From positions 83,025 through 147,024 of the forward strand of contig CBDDFL010000002.1 in assembly GCA_965227095.1 (NCBI GenBank): DNA of 64,000 nucleotides, in the 5' to 3' direction. The position numbers and the translations under genes are program-made. How positions within the stretch are numbered: position 1 is the first letter of the stretch; the number at the start of each line of letters is the position of its first letter. This document shows, one piece after another, positions 1 to 9,611 of this stretch. The notes beneath the pieces are model-generated. The model was not told the DNA's origin. It saw nothing but the letters and a program-made list of their open reading frames with translations, and made no database searches. This DNA is from Alphaproteobacteria bacterium (GTDB lineage Bacteria > Pseudomonadota > Alphaproteobacteria > JANQMY01).

Positions 1-354
1 CGTATTCTCCAGCAAGACACACCGGATGACTATGTGTTGGCGACGGGGGAAACCCATAGTGTGCGCGAGTTTGTAGAACTGGCCTTTGGCTGCATTGATC
101 AAGAGATTGAATGGAAAGGTCAAGGGGCCGACGAAAACGGCGTGTGTCCGAAGACGGGTAAGGTTTTGGTGCGGGTGGATCCGCGCTATTTCCGGCCAAC
201 GGAAGTGGATCTTCTGTTGGGAGATGCGTCAAAAGCGAAAGAGCGTCTTGGTTGGGAATCGTCCACCGCCTTTTGCGATCTTGTGCGCGAGATGGTGACA
301 GAGGATATCCGCTTGGCCGGCACTCATAATCAAGTTTGTCAGCCTAATGACTGA
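1..354 (+). CDS. gmd: GDP-mannose 4,6-dehydratase, C-terminal fragment (5' end lies outside the window)
   Basis: The frame is open from base 1. Its translation (…DYVLATGETHSVREFVELAFG…VDPRYFRPTEVDLLLGDASKAKERLGW…) matches the conserved Gmd C-terminus. It overlaps the downstream fcl by 8 bp. Confidence 0.85.
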   Translation, partial: RILQQDTPDDYVLATGETHSVREFVELAFGCIDQEIEWKGQGADENGVCPKTGKVLVRVDPRYFRPTEVDLLLGDASKAKERLGWESSTAFCDLVREMVTEDIRLAGTHNQVCQPND

Positions 355-1294
355 TATAGAAACCTATTCGTTGGATGCCAAGCGTGTCTGGGTGGCCGGG
401 CATAGAGGCATGGTCGGTTCTGCCCTGTGCCGACGGCTGCAAGACGAAAATTGCGAAATATTGACAGCGTCGAAATCCGAATTGGATCTGCGCGATCAAG
501 CGGCTGTGCGGCGTTGGATCTCTTCAAACAAGCCGGACCTTGTTTTCGTGGCGGCGGCGACCGTCGGCGGAATCGTTGCAAATGATTCCATGCCCGCCCA
601 GTTCCTCTATGACAATCTCATGATTGAGGCGAATGTCATTCATGCCGCCTATGAGGCAGGGGTGGAGAAACTGGTGTTTCTGGGCTCGTCCTGCATCTAT
701 CCGCGGCTCGCGGACCAGCCGATGACGGAATCGGCGCTGCTGACAGGGCCCCTTGAAGAAACCAATCAGTGGTATGCGGTGGCGAAGATTGCCGGCATTA
801 AGCTGTGCCAGGCCTATCGCAAGCAATATGGCTGCAACTATATCTCCGCGATGCCGACCAACCTCTACGGCACCGAAGATAATTTTGACTTGGAAACATC
901 CCATGTGGTGCCGGCCCTTCTGGCCAAGATGCACACCGGTAAAATTGACGGCGCCCCGGCAGTCACGGTTTGGGGGACCGGCAAGCCAAAGCGAGAGCTT
1001 TTATTTGTGGATGATTGTGCCGATGCCTTGGTCCACTTGGCAAAGACCTATGCCGGTGCGGAACATGTGAATGTGGGCACGGGGGAAGACCTGTCCATTG
1101 CTGAGATCGCTGAAACCGTGGCCAAGGTGGTGGGTTTTGAGGGGGCGTTGCAGTTCGACACCTCTCGACCGGACGGGACCCCACGAAAGCTGTTGGACAC
1201 AGCCAAACTGGCTGGGCTTGGCTGGAGGTATCGAACGTCTCTTCAGGACGGCCTTGCGGCCACTTATGAGTGGTATTTGTCGCAGCCGCGGTAG
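347..1294 (+). CDS. fcl: GDP-L-fucose synthase (GDP-4-keto-6-deoxymannose 3,5-epimerase/4-reductase)
   Basis: 315-aa ORF with an N-terminal Rossmann motif (VWVAGHRGMVGSA) and the YxxxK motif. It matches the Fcl/WcaG family and is translationally coupled to gmd. Confidence 0.9.
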   Translation: MTDIETYSLDAKRVWVAGHRGMVGSALCRRLQDENCEILTASKSELDLRDQAAVRRWISSNKPDLVFVAAATVGGIVANDSMPAQFLYDNLMIEANVIHAAYEAGVEKLVFLGSSCIYPRLADQPMTESALLTGPLEETNQWYAVAKIAGIKLCQAYRKQYGCNYISAMPTNLYGTEDNFDLETSHVVPALLAKMHTGKIDGAPAVTVWGTGKPKRELLFVDDCADALVHLAKTYAGAEHVNVGTGEDLSIAEIAETVAKVVGFEGALQFDTSRPDGTPRKLLDTAKLAGLGWRYRTSLQDGLAATYEWYLSQPR

Positions 1295-1654
1295 AGCGCG
1301 AAATTGACAATAAAATCAGTGCATTAGTTCATATTCACAGTTTGAAATTCAAATAACGAATTTCAATGCTTGACGACCGATGGGGGTTTGTTTAACGCCA
1401 TACGGTGAGGTCTGAGGAATAGGGTCGCAATCATGTGTCTCTCCTGGAGACGCAGGGGCCAACGGGCAAGCGGTCGCGTTCCTCGCTCACCCCGATTGGC
1501 GGTATGTGCGAGGGCTCTGTGCATTGCCAATCGGCTGATGTGCCTGCTTTCGTCCTCTTGCCCTGGGTCGGATGCGTCCGCATATTGGGCCCGATGCGGG
1601 TCAGGTACCATGAAGAGACACGCGCCTGAGCAATAATAGTCGAGGTAAGAACAC

Positions 1655-2824
1655 ATGAAGGTCTTGATACTGGGGGGCGACGGATTTTGTGGCTGGCCAA
1701 CGGCATTGCATCTGTCGAATCTGGATCACGATGTCAAAATCGTCGACAATTTGTCCCGGCGAAATATTGACAACGAACTTGAGGCCTACTCCCTCACACC
1801 CATTCGGCCAATGGGCGAGCGCTTACAAGCGTGGAAAGACGTTTCTGGGAAAGAGATCGATTTTATCCGCTTTGATGTGGCGGAGCATTATCATCGCTTG
1901 CTCACCCTGCTGAATGAATTTAAGCCCGACGCCATTGTCCATTTCGCAGAGCAGCGCGCGGCGCCGTATTCCATGAAATCGTCTTGGCACAAACGATATA
2001 CGGTTTCAAACAACCTGAATGCGACGAACAATCTGTTGGCCGCGGTGGTCGAATCCGGTGTGAACGCGCATATTGTTCACCTGGGGACCATGGGGGTTTA
2101 CGGCTATGGCACAGCCGGGATGAAAATTCCGGAAGGCTATCTGGAAGTGTCGGTGCGCACCTCCGAAGGGGATGAAATCAAGCAGGAAATTCTGTATCCG
2201 GCCAATCCCGGCAGCATTTATCACATGACCAAGACGCAGGATCAGTTGTTGTTTGCGTATTACAACAAAAACGATCATCTGAAAGTGACGGATCTGCATC
2301 AAGGTATTGTGTGGGGAACACAAACGCCGGAAACGGAAAAAGACGAACGCTTGATCAATCGGTTCGATTATGACGGCGATTACGGGACCGTTTTGAATCG
2401 CTTTCTAATGCAGGCCGCCATCGGTTACCCCCTCACCGTGCATGGTAAAGGCGGCCAGACACGGGCCTTCATCCATATCCGGGACACGGTGCGCTGCATT
2501 GAGTTGGCGATCGAAAATCCGCCGCAAAAAGGCGAGCGTGTGCAGGTCATGAACCAAATGACCGAAACCCACCGGGTGAATGATTTGGCCGATATGATCG
2601 CGCGCATGACCGGTGCGCAGGTGGAACATTTGCCCAATCCGCGCAACGAAGCGGATGAAAATGAGCTTCATGTGGAAAATGCGAAGTTGATCGGTTTGGG
2701 ACTTGATCCGATCACATTGGAAGATGGATTGATGACCGAGGTCAGCGACATCGCCAAGAAATATGCGGACCGCTGCGACCGTTCCAAGATTCCGTGTGTA
2801 TCGGTATGGAGTGATCGCAAGTAG
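1655..2824 (+). CDS. sqdB: UDP-sulfoquinovose synthase-like SDR (SQD1/SqdB family)
   Basis: 389 aa. It starts [21 protein letters not shown] and contains [24 protein letters not shown] and the YHMTKTQD (Y-H-x-x-K) block. These align along the full length with plant SQD1 and bacterial SqdB, including the catalytic Tyr-His…Lys. Confidence 0.75.
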   Translation: MKVLILGGDGFCGWPTALHLSNLDHDVKIVDNLSRRNIDNELEAYSLTPIRPMGERLQAWKDVSGKEIDFIRFDVAEHYHRLLTLLNEFKPDAIVHFAEQRAAPYSMKSSWHKRYTVSNNLNATNNLLAAVVESGVNAHIVHLGTMGVYGYGTAGMKIPEGYLEVSVRTSEGDEIKQEILYPANPGSIYHMTKTQDQLLFAYYNKNDHLKVTDLHQGIVWGTQTPETEKDERLINRFDYDGDYGTVLNRFLMQAAIGYPLTVHGKGGQTRAFIHIRDTVRCIELAIENPPQKGERVQVMNQMTETHRVNDLADMIARMTGAQVEHLPNPRNEADENELHVENAKLIGLGLDPITLEDGLMTEVSDIAKKYADRCDRSKIPCVSVWSDRK

Positions 2825-2963
2825 CCCCAACGCCAGCCGATCAATTCGGGTTGCCCTCTGATGCCGATATCAAATGTGGATTGCAACGAGAATTGATCGT
2901 TCGTCTAAGGATCTTTCATCTGTGTGGTGATCGAACGGACGGTCCCGTCTTTTGGAGTCGTAT

Positions 2964-3893
2964 ATGAACAGGTTGGGTGTGACGGGCGGGCTCGGTTTTA
3001 TCGGCTCAAGCCTTGTGCCGAAATTGCGCCAGCAGCTCGGCGCGGAGATACGCATCCTGGACAATATGTCCAATATCAGCGGAAGCCTGGGGCCTGAAGA
3101 CGACATCGAAATTGTCGAAGGCGATGTCCGTGACCCGTCGGCCGTGACCAAGTTCGTTGCCGGATGCGATGCCATCGTCCACCTTGCAGCCCATACCCGC
3201 GTGATTGATTCAATCGAGGATCCCGCGCTTAATTTCGAAACGAACGTTATTGGGACGTTCAACGTGCTCGACAGCATGCGCCGCCAAGACGTGACGAGTT
3301 TTGTGAACGCCTCCACGGGCGGCGCCATTCTCGGGGAGGTGCCGCCGCCGATACATGAAGAAATCGCACCAAAACCGGCCGCCCCCTATGGCGCGTCGAA
3401 GCTGAGCGCGGAAGGCTATTGTTGGGCCTATGCGCAGTCCTACGGGCTGAACGCGGTGAGTTTACGGTTTTCCAACATCTATGGGCCGAACTCGCGGCGC
3501 AAAAGTTCGGTGGTTGCGGCGTTCATAAAGGCCATCCGGAAGACCGGTGCCGTGACAATTTACGGGGATGGCAGCCAAACCCGTGACTATCTGTTTGTAG
3601 ACGATTTAACGGACGGGATCGTGCAGGCGATCGAAGCGCGCGTATCGGGCGTCTATCAATTGGGGGCCGGGACCCCCACATCGGTGAACACCCTGACCGA
3701 TATGATCCGATCCGTAACGGGCACATCGTTTTCGGTGCAGTATGAGCCCGCGCGCGCCGGCGAAATTCTTCACACCCATTGCGACATCTCAAAAGCCCGA
3801 ACAGATATTGGGTATGATCCGAAGGTAAGTCTAGAAGAAGGCATCGCCCGAACCTGGGAATGGTTTGAAACGATGACAAGTAATGACGACTGA
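2964..3893 (+). CDS. NAD-dependent nucleotide-sugar epimerase/dehydratase (extended SDR)
   Basis: Contains GGLGFIGS, a Ser/Thr catalytic block and YGASK. An ATG at 2964 has a GGAG Shine-Dalgarno 6 nt upstream. The track ORF at 2952 starts with TTG. Confidence 0.7.
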   Translation: MNRLGVTGGLGFIGSSLVPKLRQQLGAEIRILDNMSNISGSLGPEDDIEIVEGDVRDPSAVTKFVAGCDAIVHLAAHTRVIDSIEDPALNFETNVIGTFNVLDSMRRQDVTSFVNASTGGAILGEVPPPIHEEIAPKPAAPYGASKLSAEGYCWAYAQSYGLNAVSLRFSNIYGPNSRRKSSVVAAFIKAIRKTGAVTIYGDGSQTRDYLFVDDLTDGIVQAIEARVSGVYQLGAGTPTSVNTLTDMIRSVTGTSFSVQYEPARAGEILHTHCDISKARTDIGYDPKVSLEEGIARTWEWFETMTSNDD

Positions 3894-5253
3894 CGATCAC
3901 CGCACCGCCCGCTTGCGCGTGCTTCATGTCTGTTATTCAGACGGCAATGGCGGCGCGGCCATCGGCGCGCGTCGGTCGCATAATGCCATGCTGTCTCAAG
4001 GCATCGACTCGGTACTTGCTGTGGTTAAAAAGACCACGAACGACTCGCGGGTGATCGAGCTCCCTGAAAATCCGGCCCGGCGTTTTGTTTCCCGTCAACT
4101 GACGCGATGTGTTGAATGGTTCCAGACATCGGACAACAAGGTATTTCGCACACTGAATATCATTCCGATGGGGGCAGCTGACGTTTTAAATACGATAGAG
4201 GCCGACATCATCCAACTGCATTGGGTTGCGGCGGACACCGTTTCCATCAGCGAATTGGCTAAGCTGAATAAGCCGATTGTTTGGAAACTGCCCGATATGT
4301 GGGCTTTCTCGGGTGCCGAACATTACAGCCAAATCGAAAGTGCCGACCGGTTTGCGGATGGCTACACCGCATCCAACAGACCCAAGGGGCAAGCAGGGCT
4401 GGATATCGACCGTTGGATTTGGACCTACAAAAAAAACGTGTGGCGCGATGTGAACTTTAACATTGTCGGGCCCAGTAAATGGATTGCGGATTGCGCGCGC
4501 CGCAGCATCCTCTTTAAAAACGCCCGCATTCGCCATATTCCGAATCCGCTGGACTTGTCCCTTTACGCGCCACAGCCGAAATCTGACGCCCGTGCGGCTT
4601 TTGGCCTGCCGCAGGACCGAACGTTGGTCATGTTTGGGGCGCTTCATGCGACCACCGATCCGCGCAAGGGGTTTCAGCACCTTCAAGCTGCTCTGGATCA
4701 CTTGCCGCAACATTTAGACCCCAACACCACGTCCATTGTGGTGATGGGGGCAGACGGTCCTAGAGGGCAAAAGACGGGCCCCTATGACACGCACTATCTG
4801 GGTGTCCTGCGAGAGGAAAAAGAAATTGTCGCGGCCTACTGCACTGCGGATGTTTTTGTTTTGCCGTGTGAAATGGACAACTTGCCGAATGTGATCAAAG
4901 AAGCCACGTGCTGTGGGGTGCCGTGTACCGGGTTTGATGTTGGCGGCATGCCGGACATGATTGACCATCAAGAAACGGGGTATTTAGCGAAACCGTATGA
5001 TCCGCAAGACCTGGCGCGCGGCATCGGGTGGGTCGCGCAACACGCAACCGCCGATTTTCGCAAAGAAGTGCGGCGTCGCGCGGAACTCAAGCATGCAGAG
5101 CATGTTGCCGTTAATCGGTACGTAGAATTTTATGACGAAATTCTCGGCCGGCCGTCAGCCCCGGATCAGAAATCCGAACGCTCAACCGAGGACGCAAAAA
5201 CGTCGGCGCAGGAACCGCAGAATGAGAATAACATCATACGGGAGGTCTTGTGA
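3883..5253 (+). CDS. glycosyltransferase, GT-B fold (GT4-like)
   Basis: 456 aa with a C-terminal E-x7-E-like GT4 signature region (…VLPCEMDNLPNVIKEATCCGVPCTGFDVGGMPDMI…). It overlaps the upstream epimerase by 11 bp. Confidence 0.7.
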   Translation: MTTDDHRTARLRVLHVCYSDGNGGAAIGARRSHNAMLSQGIDSVLAVVKKTTNDSRVIELPENPARRFVSRQLTRCVEWFQTSDNKVFRTLNIIPMGAADVLNTIEADIIQLHWVAADTVSISELAKLNKPIVWKLPDMWAFSGAEHYSQIESADRFADGYTASNRPKGQAGLDIDRWIWTYKKNVWRDVNFNIVGPSKWIADCARRSILFKNARIRHIPNPLDLSLYAPQPKSDARAAFGLPQDRTLVMFGALHATTDPRKGFQHLQAALDHLPQHLDPNTTSIVVMGADGPRGQKTGPYDTHYLGVLREEKEIVAAYCTADVFVLPCEMDNLPNVIKEATCCGVPCTGFDVGGMPDMIDHQETGYLAKPYDPQDLARGIGWVAQHATADFRKEVRRRAELKHAEHVAVNRYVEFYDEILGRPSAPDQKSERSTEDAKTSAQEPQNENNIIREVL

Positions 5254-5306
5254 CGTCGTTTAAAAGTCGAACAGTTCGACAAAACAACAGAACGTGGTGC
5301 TGAAAA

Positions 5307-7091
5307 ATGACGTCCTGCGCGCCCATTGCATTGTTTGTCTATAATCGTCCGGACCATGCGTCTCGCACGCTGGATGCACTTCGGTCGAATTCGCTTGCTC
5401 CTGATACAGATCTTTTTATTTTTAGCGACGGTGCAAAAAATGCGGCGGACGAACCTCACGTTGACGCGGTTCGCGATATCCTGAAAGACGTCCGTGGATT
5501 TAAGAGTGTGTCCGTCGACCGGAGCGGGCAAAACAAGGGCTTGGCTCAGTCGATTATCGGCGGCGTCTCAAACATCGTGGACCGGTTTGGCCGCGTGATC
5601 GTCATCGAGGATGATCTGGTAACCCATCCCTCAACGCTCAGCTATTTCAATCAGGCACTGGATCATTTCGAGAATCATCCAAATGTGTTTTCGATCAGCG
5701 CCTATAACCACCCAGCCGATATCATGCCGATTCCTCAGTCGTATGAGTATGACGTTTATGCCAATCCACGAATGCAATGCTGGGGTTGGGCGACGTGGAA
5801 GGATCGCTGGCAGAAGGCCGATTTTTCAATGCCGGATTTTGAAGAATTCGACCGATCTGAAACCTTGACACGAGCCTATGCCCATTGGATCGGACAAGAC
5901 AGTCTCAACACATTGCGCGCGCATATGCGGGGAGAACTAGACGTCTGGGCGTGCCGCTGGGTCTATACCCATTTCAAACATCAGGGTGTGTGCATATGTC
6001 CGACAAAATCATTGGTCGATAATATCGGGTTGGATGGCTCCGGCGAAAATTGCAGCTCTGTGACCCACCTGAAGAACGAGCTGACTGCTGACAAGACGGC
6101 GTCCTGGCGTTTTCCGCCGGTTGCGTTTATCGAGCCGGCCATTTTTACGGCGTTTATGGACGTCACAGATCCGGGAACACGAAGAGTGCCGGCGAACGGC
6201 CTGACTGTTCATAATCAGGCGGCTTCCGCAGGGCCAGGTTTGGCGGAGCGGTTCGCTTATTGGAGCGCACATCCAGGGAAGTTCTTAAGAAGGTTGCCGG
6301 AAAAAGGTGCGGAATATTTGGCGGGCTTATCCGGTCGATCGACGCATTTTTCAAAAGCGTCACTGCAGCGTGCGCATCAGGAGCTATCGGCGCCACCGAC
6401 GGTCCCGCTTGTTCGTCTTGGGACGGAGTATGGCGGCTGGCATGTCCCGCAAACCGGGTTGGGCCCTTCTGATGTGGTTGTGTCGGCTGGCGCGGGTGAG
6501 GACATCTCTTTTGATATGGAGTTGGCGGAAAGGTTCGGGTGTCGGATCGTGCTCCTAGATCCAACGCCACGCGCGTTCGATCATTTTTCAGAGACATCCG
6601 CATCAATACGCAGCGGCCGTGCAGCGGCCATAAATGGGTCTTCAACAGAGTTTTACCGGGCAAATCCGAAAAATCTTGACCATCTTACGTTTCAACCCTG
6701 GGGTCTTTGGCGCGAAACAACGCGTCTTCAGTTTTTTGAGCCGGAGAATCCAACTCATGTAAGCCATTCGATCGGTAACCTTCATCAGACAGAGAAAGGA
6801 TTTGAAGCCGAATGCGTGTCGCTGAGCGACCTTATGGCGCGCGAGGATGTGTCGAAAGTGTCTGTGCTGAAAATGGATATTGAGGGCGCGGAATTCGACG
6901 TGCTGGATCAGATGCTTACGACCAAAATTCGCCCCACTTTCTTACTGGTTGAATTCCATCCGGGTAAGGATGCTCAGGAAAGGACCTACCGTGGGCGGAC
7001 CCTTCAAACCCTTAGGCGCCTTTATGACGAAGGGTACCGATTGGTCCAGTACAGCGGGTGGGATTATGTGCTTGAGCGTCAAGTGATCTAG
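5307..7091 (+). CDS. bifunctional glycosyltransferase (GT-A-like N-domain) / FkbM-family methyltransferase (C-domain)
   Basis: 594 aa. The N-terminal ~250 aa contain ALFVYNRP…IVIEDDL, a GT-A DXD-type signature. The C-terminal ~220 aa contain VSAGAGEDISFD…LLDPTP…VLKMDIEGAEFDVL, which are FkbM (Methyltransf_21) signatures. Confidence 0.65.
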   Translation: MTSCAPIALFVYNRPDHASRTLDALRSNSLAPDTDLFIFSDGAKNAADEPHVDAVRDILKDVRGFKSVSVDRSGQNKGLAQSIIGGVSNIVDRFGRVIVIEDDLVTHPSTLSYFNQALDHFENHPNVFSISAYNHPADIMPIPQSYEYDVYANPRMQCWGWATWKDRWQKADFSMPDFEEFDRSETLTRAYAHWIGQDSLNTLRAHMRGELDVWACRWVYTHFKHQGVCICPTKSLVDNIGLDGSGENCSSVTHLKNELTADKTASWRFPPVAFIEPAIFTAFMDVTDPGTRRVPANGLTVHNQAASAGPGLAERFAYWSAHPGKFLRRLPEKGAEYLAGLSGRSTHFSKASLQRAHQELSAPPTVPLVRLGTEYGGWHVPQTGLGPSDVVVSAGAGEDISFDMELAERFGCRIVLLDPTPRAFDHFSETSASIRSGRAAAINGSSTEFYRANPKNLDHLTFQPWGLWRETTRLQFFEPENPTHVSHSIGNLHQTEKGFEAECVSLSDLMAREDVSKVSVLKMDIEGAEFDVLDQMLTTKIRPTFLLVEFHPGKDAQERTYRGRTLQTLRRLYDEGYRLVQYSGWDYVLERQVI

Positions 7092-7378
7092 ATCAGAGTG
7101 GATACAGGAACATTTGACCCATCGACTTCTGATGAATAGGGGAAATAGGTGACGACACACTTGATCTGCCTCCACGGCTCAGTTGACGCCACGGAAACGC
7201 TTTGAAACGGCATGAACGGAGATATCAGGACTAGTATTGGCGGCGAAATATTGGTACGCAAATCTCTTGCGTTCGGCATGGGCATTCGCGGGAATGCCGT
7301 TTGTCGCGATGTCACCGATACTTTCGCCTAAGAGGCTGTCTGGCAGATTGAACTCGACGAAAAGAAAACCACTATTCC

Positions 7379-8425
7379 ATGTCTGCTTCTAATCGATCAG
7401 CATTGATATTTGGCGTCACGGGCCAAGACGGATCCATTCTTGCGCACCAATTGGTGGAGCAAGGATGGAAGGTCTATGGTGGGTATCGCCGTGGTGGCCA
7501 CAATAAACTCTGGCGCCTTGAGGAATTGGGCATCCTGGACAAGATTGAGCTGATCAACATTAATCTGTTGGAGCCCTTTCTGGTCTTGAATATCGTTTCT
7601 GATATTACGCCAGAGCATGTCTATCAGCTGGCGGGCGACAGCTATGTTGTTGACTCGTTCGAGCAACCACGGTCCGTGCTGGAAAACAATTGCATTAGTA
7701 CGCTGAACGTCCTGGAAGCCATTCGGATCGCCGCCCCTGAGGCGCGGCTTTTCTTTCCCTCCAGTTCAGAAGTGTTCGGAAGTGCAACGGCTGGAAAAAT
7801 GATGGACGAAGGCGGTCCCTTTTCGCCGCTTAACCCCTATGGTCTGTCGCGGCTTGCCGCTCAAAAACTCATTGATATCTACCGCCGCCATCACGGCCTG
7901 CACGCATGTTGCGGTATTATGTTCAATCATGAAGGCCCTCTTCGCGCTCGCAGTTTTGTCACCCGAAAGATAACCTACAATCTCGCTCGGTTGAGGTCCG
8001 AAGGGGGCAGGCCGGTCACATTGGGAAATTTAAACACGCGCCGCGATTGGGGCTCTGCCGAAGACTATGTGAGCATCATGCCCACCCTTTTGGACCTAGA
8101 AGTGCCTGATGATTTTGTATTTGCCACAGGCACCACAACCACACTGAGAAGAATGATTGAGGTCGCCGCCGATTATGCAGGCTTTCAACCGGAATTCGAT
8201 GGGGAAGGGCTCAACGAAGTGTGCGTTGATCGCAAGTCCGGGCAAATTCTCGTGGATGTGGGGCTCGAATTTTTCCGGAAGTCCGACACGCCGCCGCTGG
8301 TTGGCAACCCGGCCAATTTGAAGAATTCAACGGGGTTCAAAGGATCCCGAAAGATCGAGCAAACAATCGTGGAAATGGTTCAAGCGGATATCGATCGGCG
8401 TGAAAAGGGAAATATCAACGTCTAG
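7379..8425 (+). CDS. GDP-mannose 4,6-dehydratase paralog, divergent (catalytic YxxxK replaced by YxxxR)
   Basis: Contains IFGVTGQDGSIL, PSSSEVFG and MFNHEGPLRARSFVTRKIT, aligning with Gmd. The Tyr-x3-Lys block reads NPYGLSRL (Arg instead of Lys). This is a second gmd-like gene in the locus. Confidence 0.7.
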   Translation: MSASNRSALIFGVTGQDGSILAHQLVEQGWKVYGGYRRGGHNKLWRLEELGILDKIELININLLEPFLVLNIVSDITPEHVYQLAGDSYVVDSFEQPRSVLENNCISTLNVLEAIRIAAPEARLFFPSSSEVFGSATAGKMMDEGGPFSPLNPYGLSRLAAQKLIDIYRRHHGLHACCGIMFNHEGPLRARSFVTRKITYNLARLRSEGGRPVTLGNLNTRRDWGSAEDYVSIMPTLLDLEVPDDFVFATGTTTTLRRMIEVAADYAGFQPEFDGEGLNEVCVDRKSGQILVDVGLEFFRKSDTPPLVGNPANLKNSTGFKGSRKIEQTIVEMVQADIDRREKGNINV

Positions 8426-8568
8426 GCTGTTGTGGCGCCGTTTTCAGCGGCCCAACTAGATTTATTTGCTTTAACGTCTGTGTCCAGATCGTCCAAGAGG
8501 CGCGACAAAATCTCACAGCGCTGATACTATACCACGAATTTCCCAATCTTAGTGGTCGAGGTATCGCG

Positions 8569-9549
8569 TTGCCATCAAACCTATTGATAACAGGCGGGGC
8601 CGGTTATATCGGCAGTCACGTTGTGTTTGGGGCATTGGACGCCGGGAATAAAGTCACCGTGGTCGATGACCTGTCCACCGGTCACCGGGCGTGCCTTCCA
8701 TCAGACATCCATTTTGTGGAAGGGGATGTGGGTGACAAAGCGTTTATCGACGAGGTGCTGCGCAAGGTGGAGCCGACAACAGTTCTTCATTTCGCGGGCT
8801 CAATTATTGTACCGGAATCGATTGCGAACCCGATCAAATATTATTCCAACAATACGTCCGCGTCCCTGACACTGATTGAAGCCTGCGTTCAATCCGGCAG
8901 TGTCAGCGAGTTCATTTTCTCATCCACCGCTGCGATTTACGGAATGCCGGCGGGCGGCGTAGCAACCGAAGAAACCGAAGCCAATCCGATCAACCCCTAT
9001 GGCCGGTCCAAATGGATGACCGAACAAATATTGTCCGATACATATAAGGCATACGGACTAAATTATGCAGTGCTTCGATATTTCAACGTTGCCGGTGCCG
9101 ATCCTCAGAAACGGACGGGTCAATTCTCGCCGGATGCAACTCATCTGATTAAGAAAGCGTGCCAAGCGGCATTGGGCACCAATCCGAATATGCAAATTTT
9201 CGGTACGGATTACGATACTCCCGATGGCACCTGTGTGCGCGACTTCATCCACGTTTCTGATTTGGCAGACGCGCATTTGAAGGTGATCGACTTACTGCGG
9301 CGGTCGGGTCACCCCCACACTCTCAATTGTGGGAACGGTGCCGGTTATTCGGTGCGTCAGGTAATCGCCGCAGTTGAGGCGGAAGTCGGCCATACAATCC
9401 CCGTTATTGAAGCCGAGCGCCGTGCGGGTGATCCGCCGAAATTGATCGCCGATGCCAGCAAGCTGCAGTCACTCACGCGCTGGCGCCCGAAATTTACGGA
9501 CCTCGCATCGATCGTGCGATCAGCGTTAGAGTGGGAAGAACGACTTTAG
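8569..9549 (+). CDS. galE: UDP-glucose 4-epimerase
   Basis: Contains LLITGGAGYIGSHVV, SSTAAIYG and NPYGRSKWMTE (YxxxK), typical of GalE. The start codon is TTG. Confidence 0.8.
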   Translation: MPSNLLITGGAGYIGSHVVFGALDAGNKVTVVDDLSTGHRACLPSDIHFVEGDVGDKAFIDEVLRKVEPTTVLHFAGSIIVPESIANPIKYYSNNTSASLTLIEACVQSGSVSEFIFSSTAAIYGMPAGGVATEETEANPINPYGRSKWMTEQILSDTYKAYGLNYAVLRYFNVAGADPQKRTGQFSPDATHLIKKACQAALGTNPNMQIFGTDYDTPDGTCVRDFIHVSDLADAHLKVIDLLRRSGHPHTLNCGNGAGYSVRQVIAAVEAEVGHTIPVIEAERRAGDPPKLIADASKLQSLTRWRPKFTDLASIVRSALEWEERL

Positions 9550-9611
9550 CTCTAAGCAAGCGTGTCTGCGAGAGAAGACCGTTCATTCAGTCGGTCGAAA
9601 CGAATAACCGG

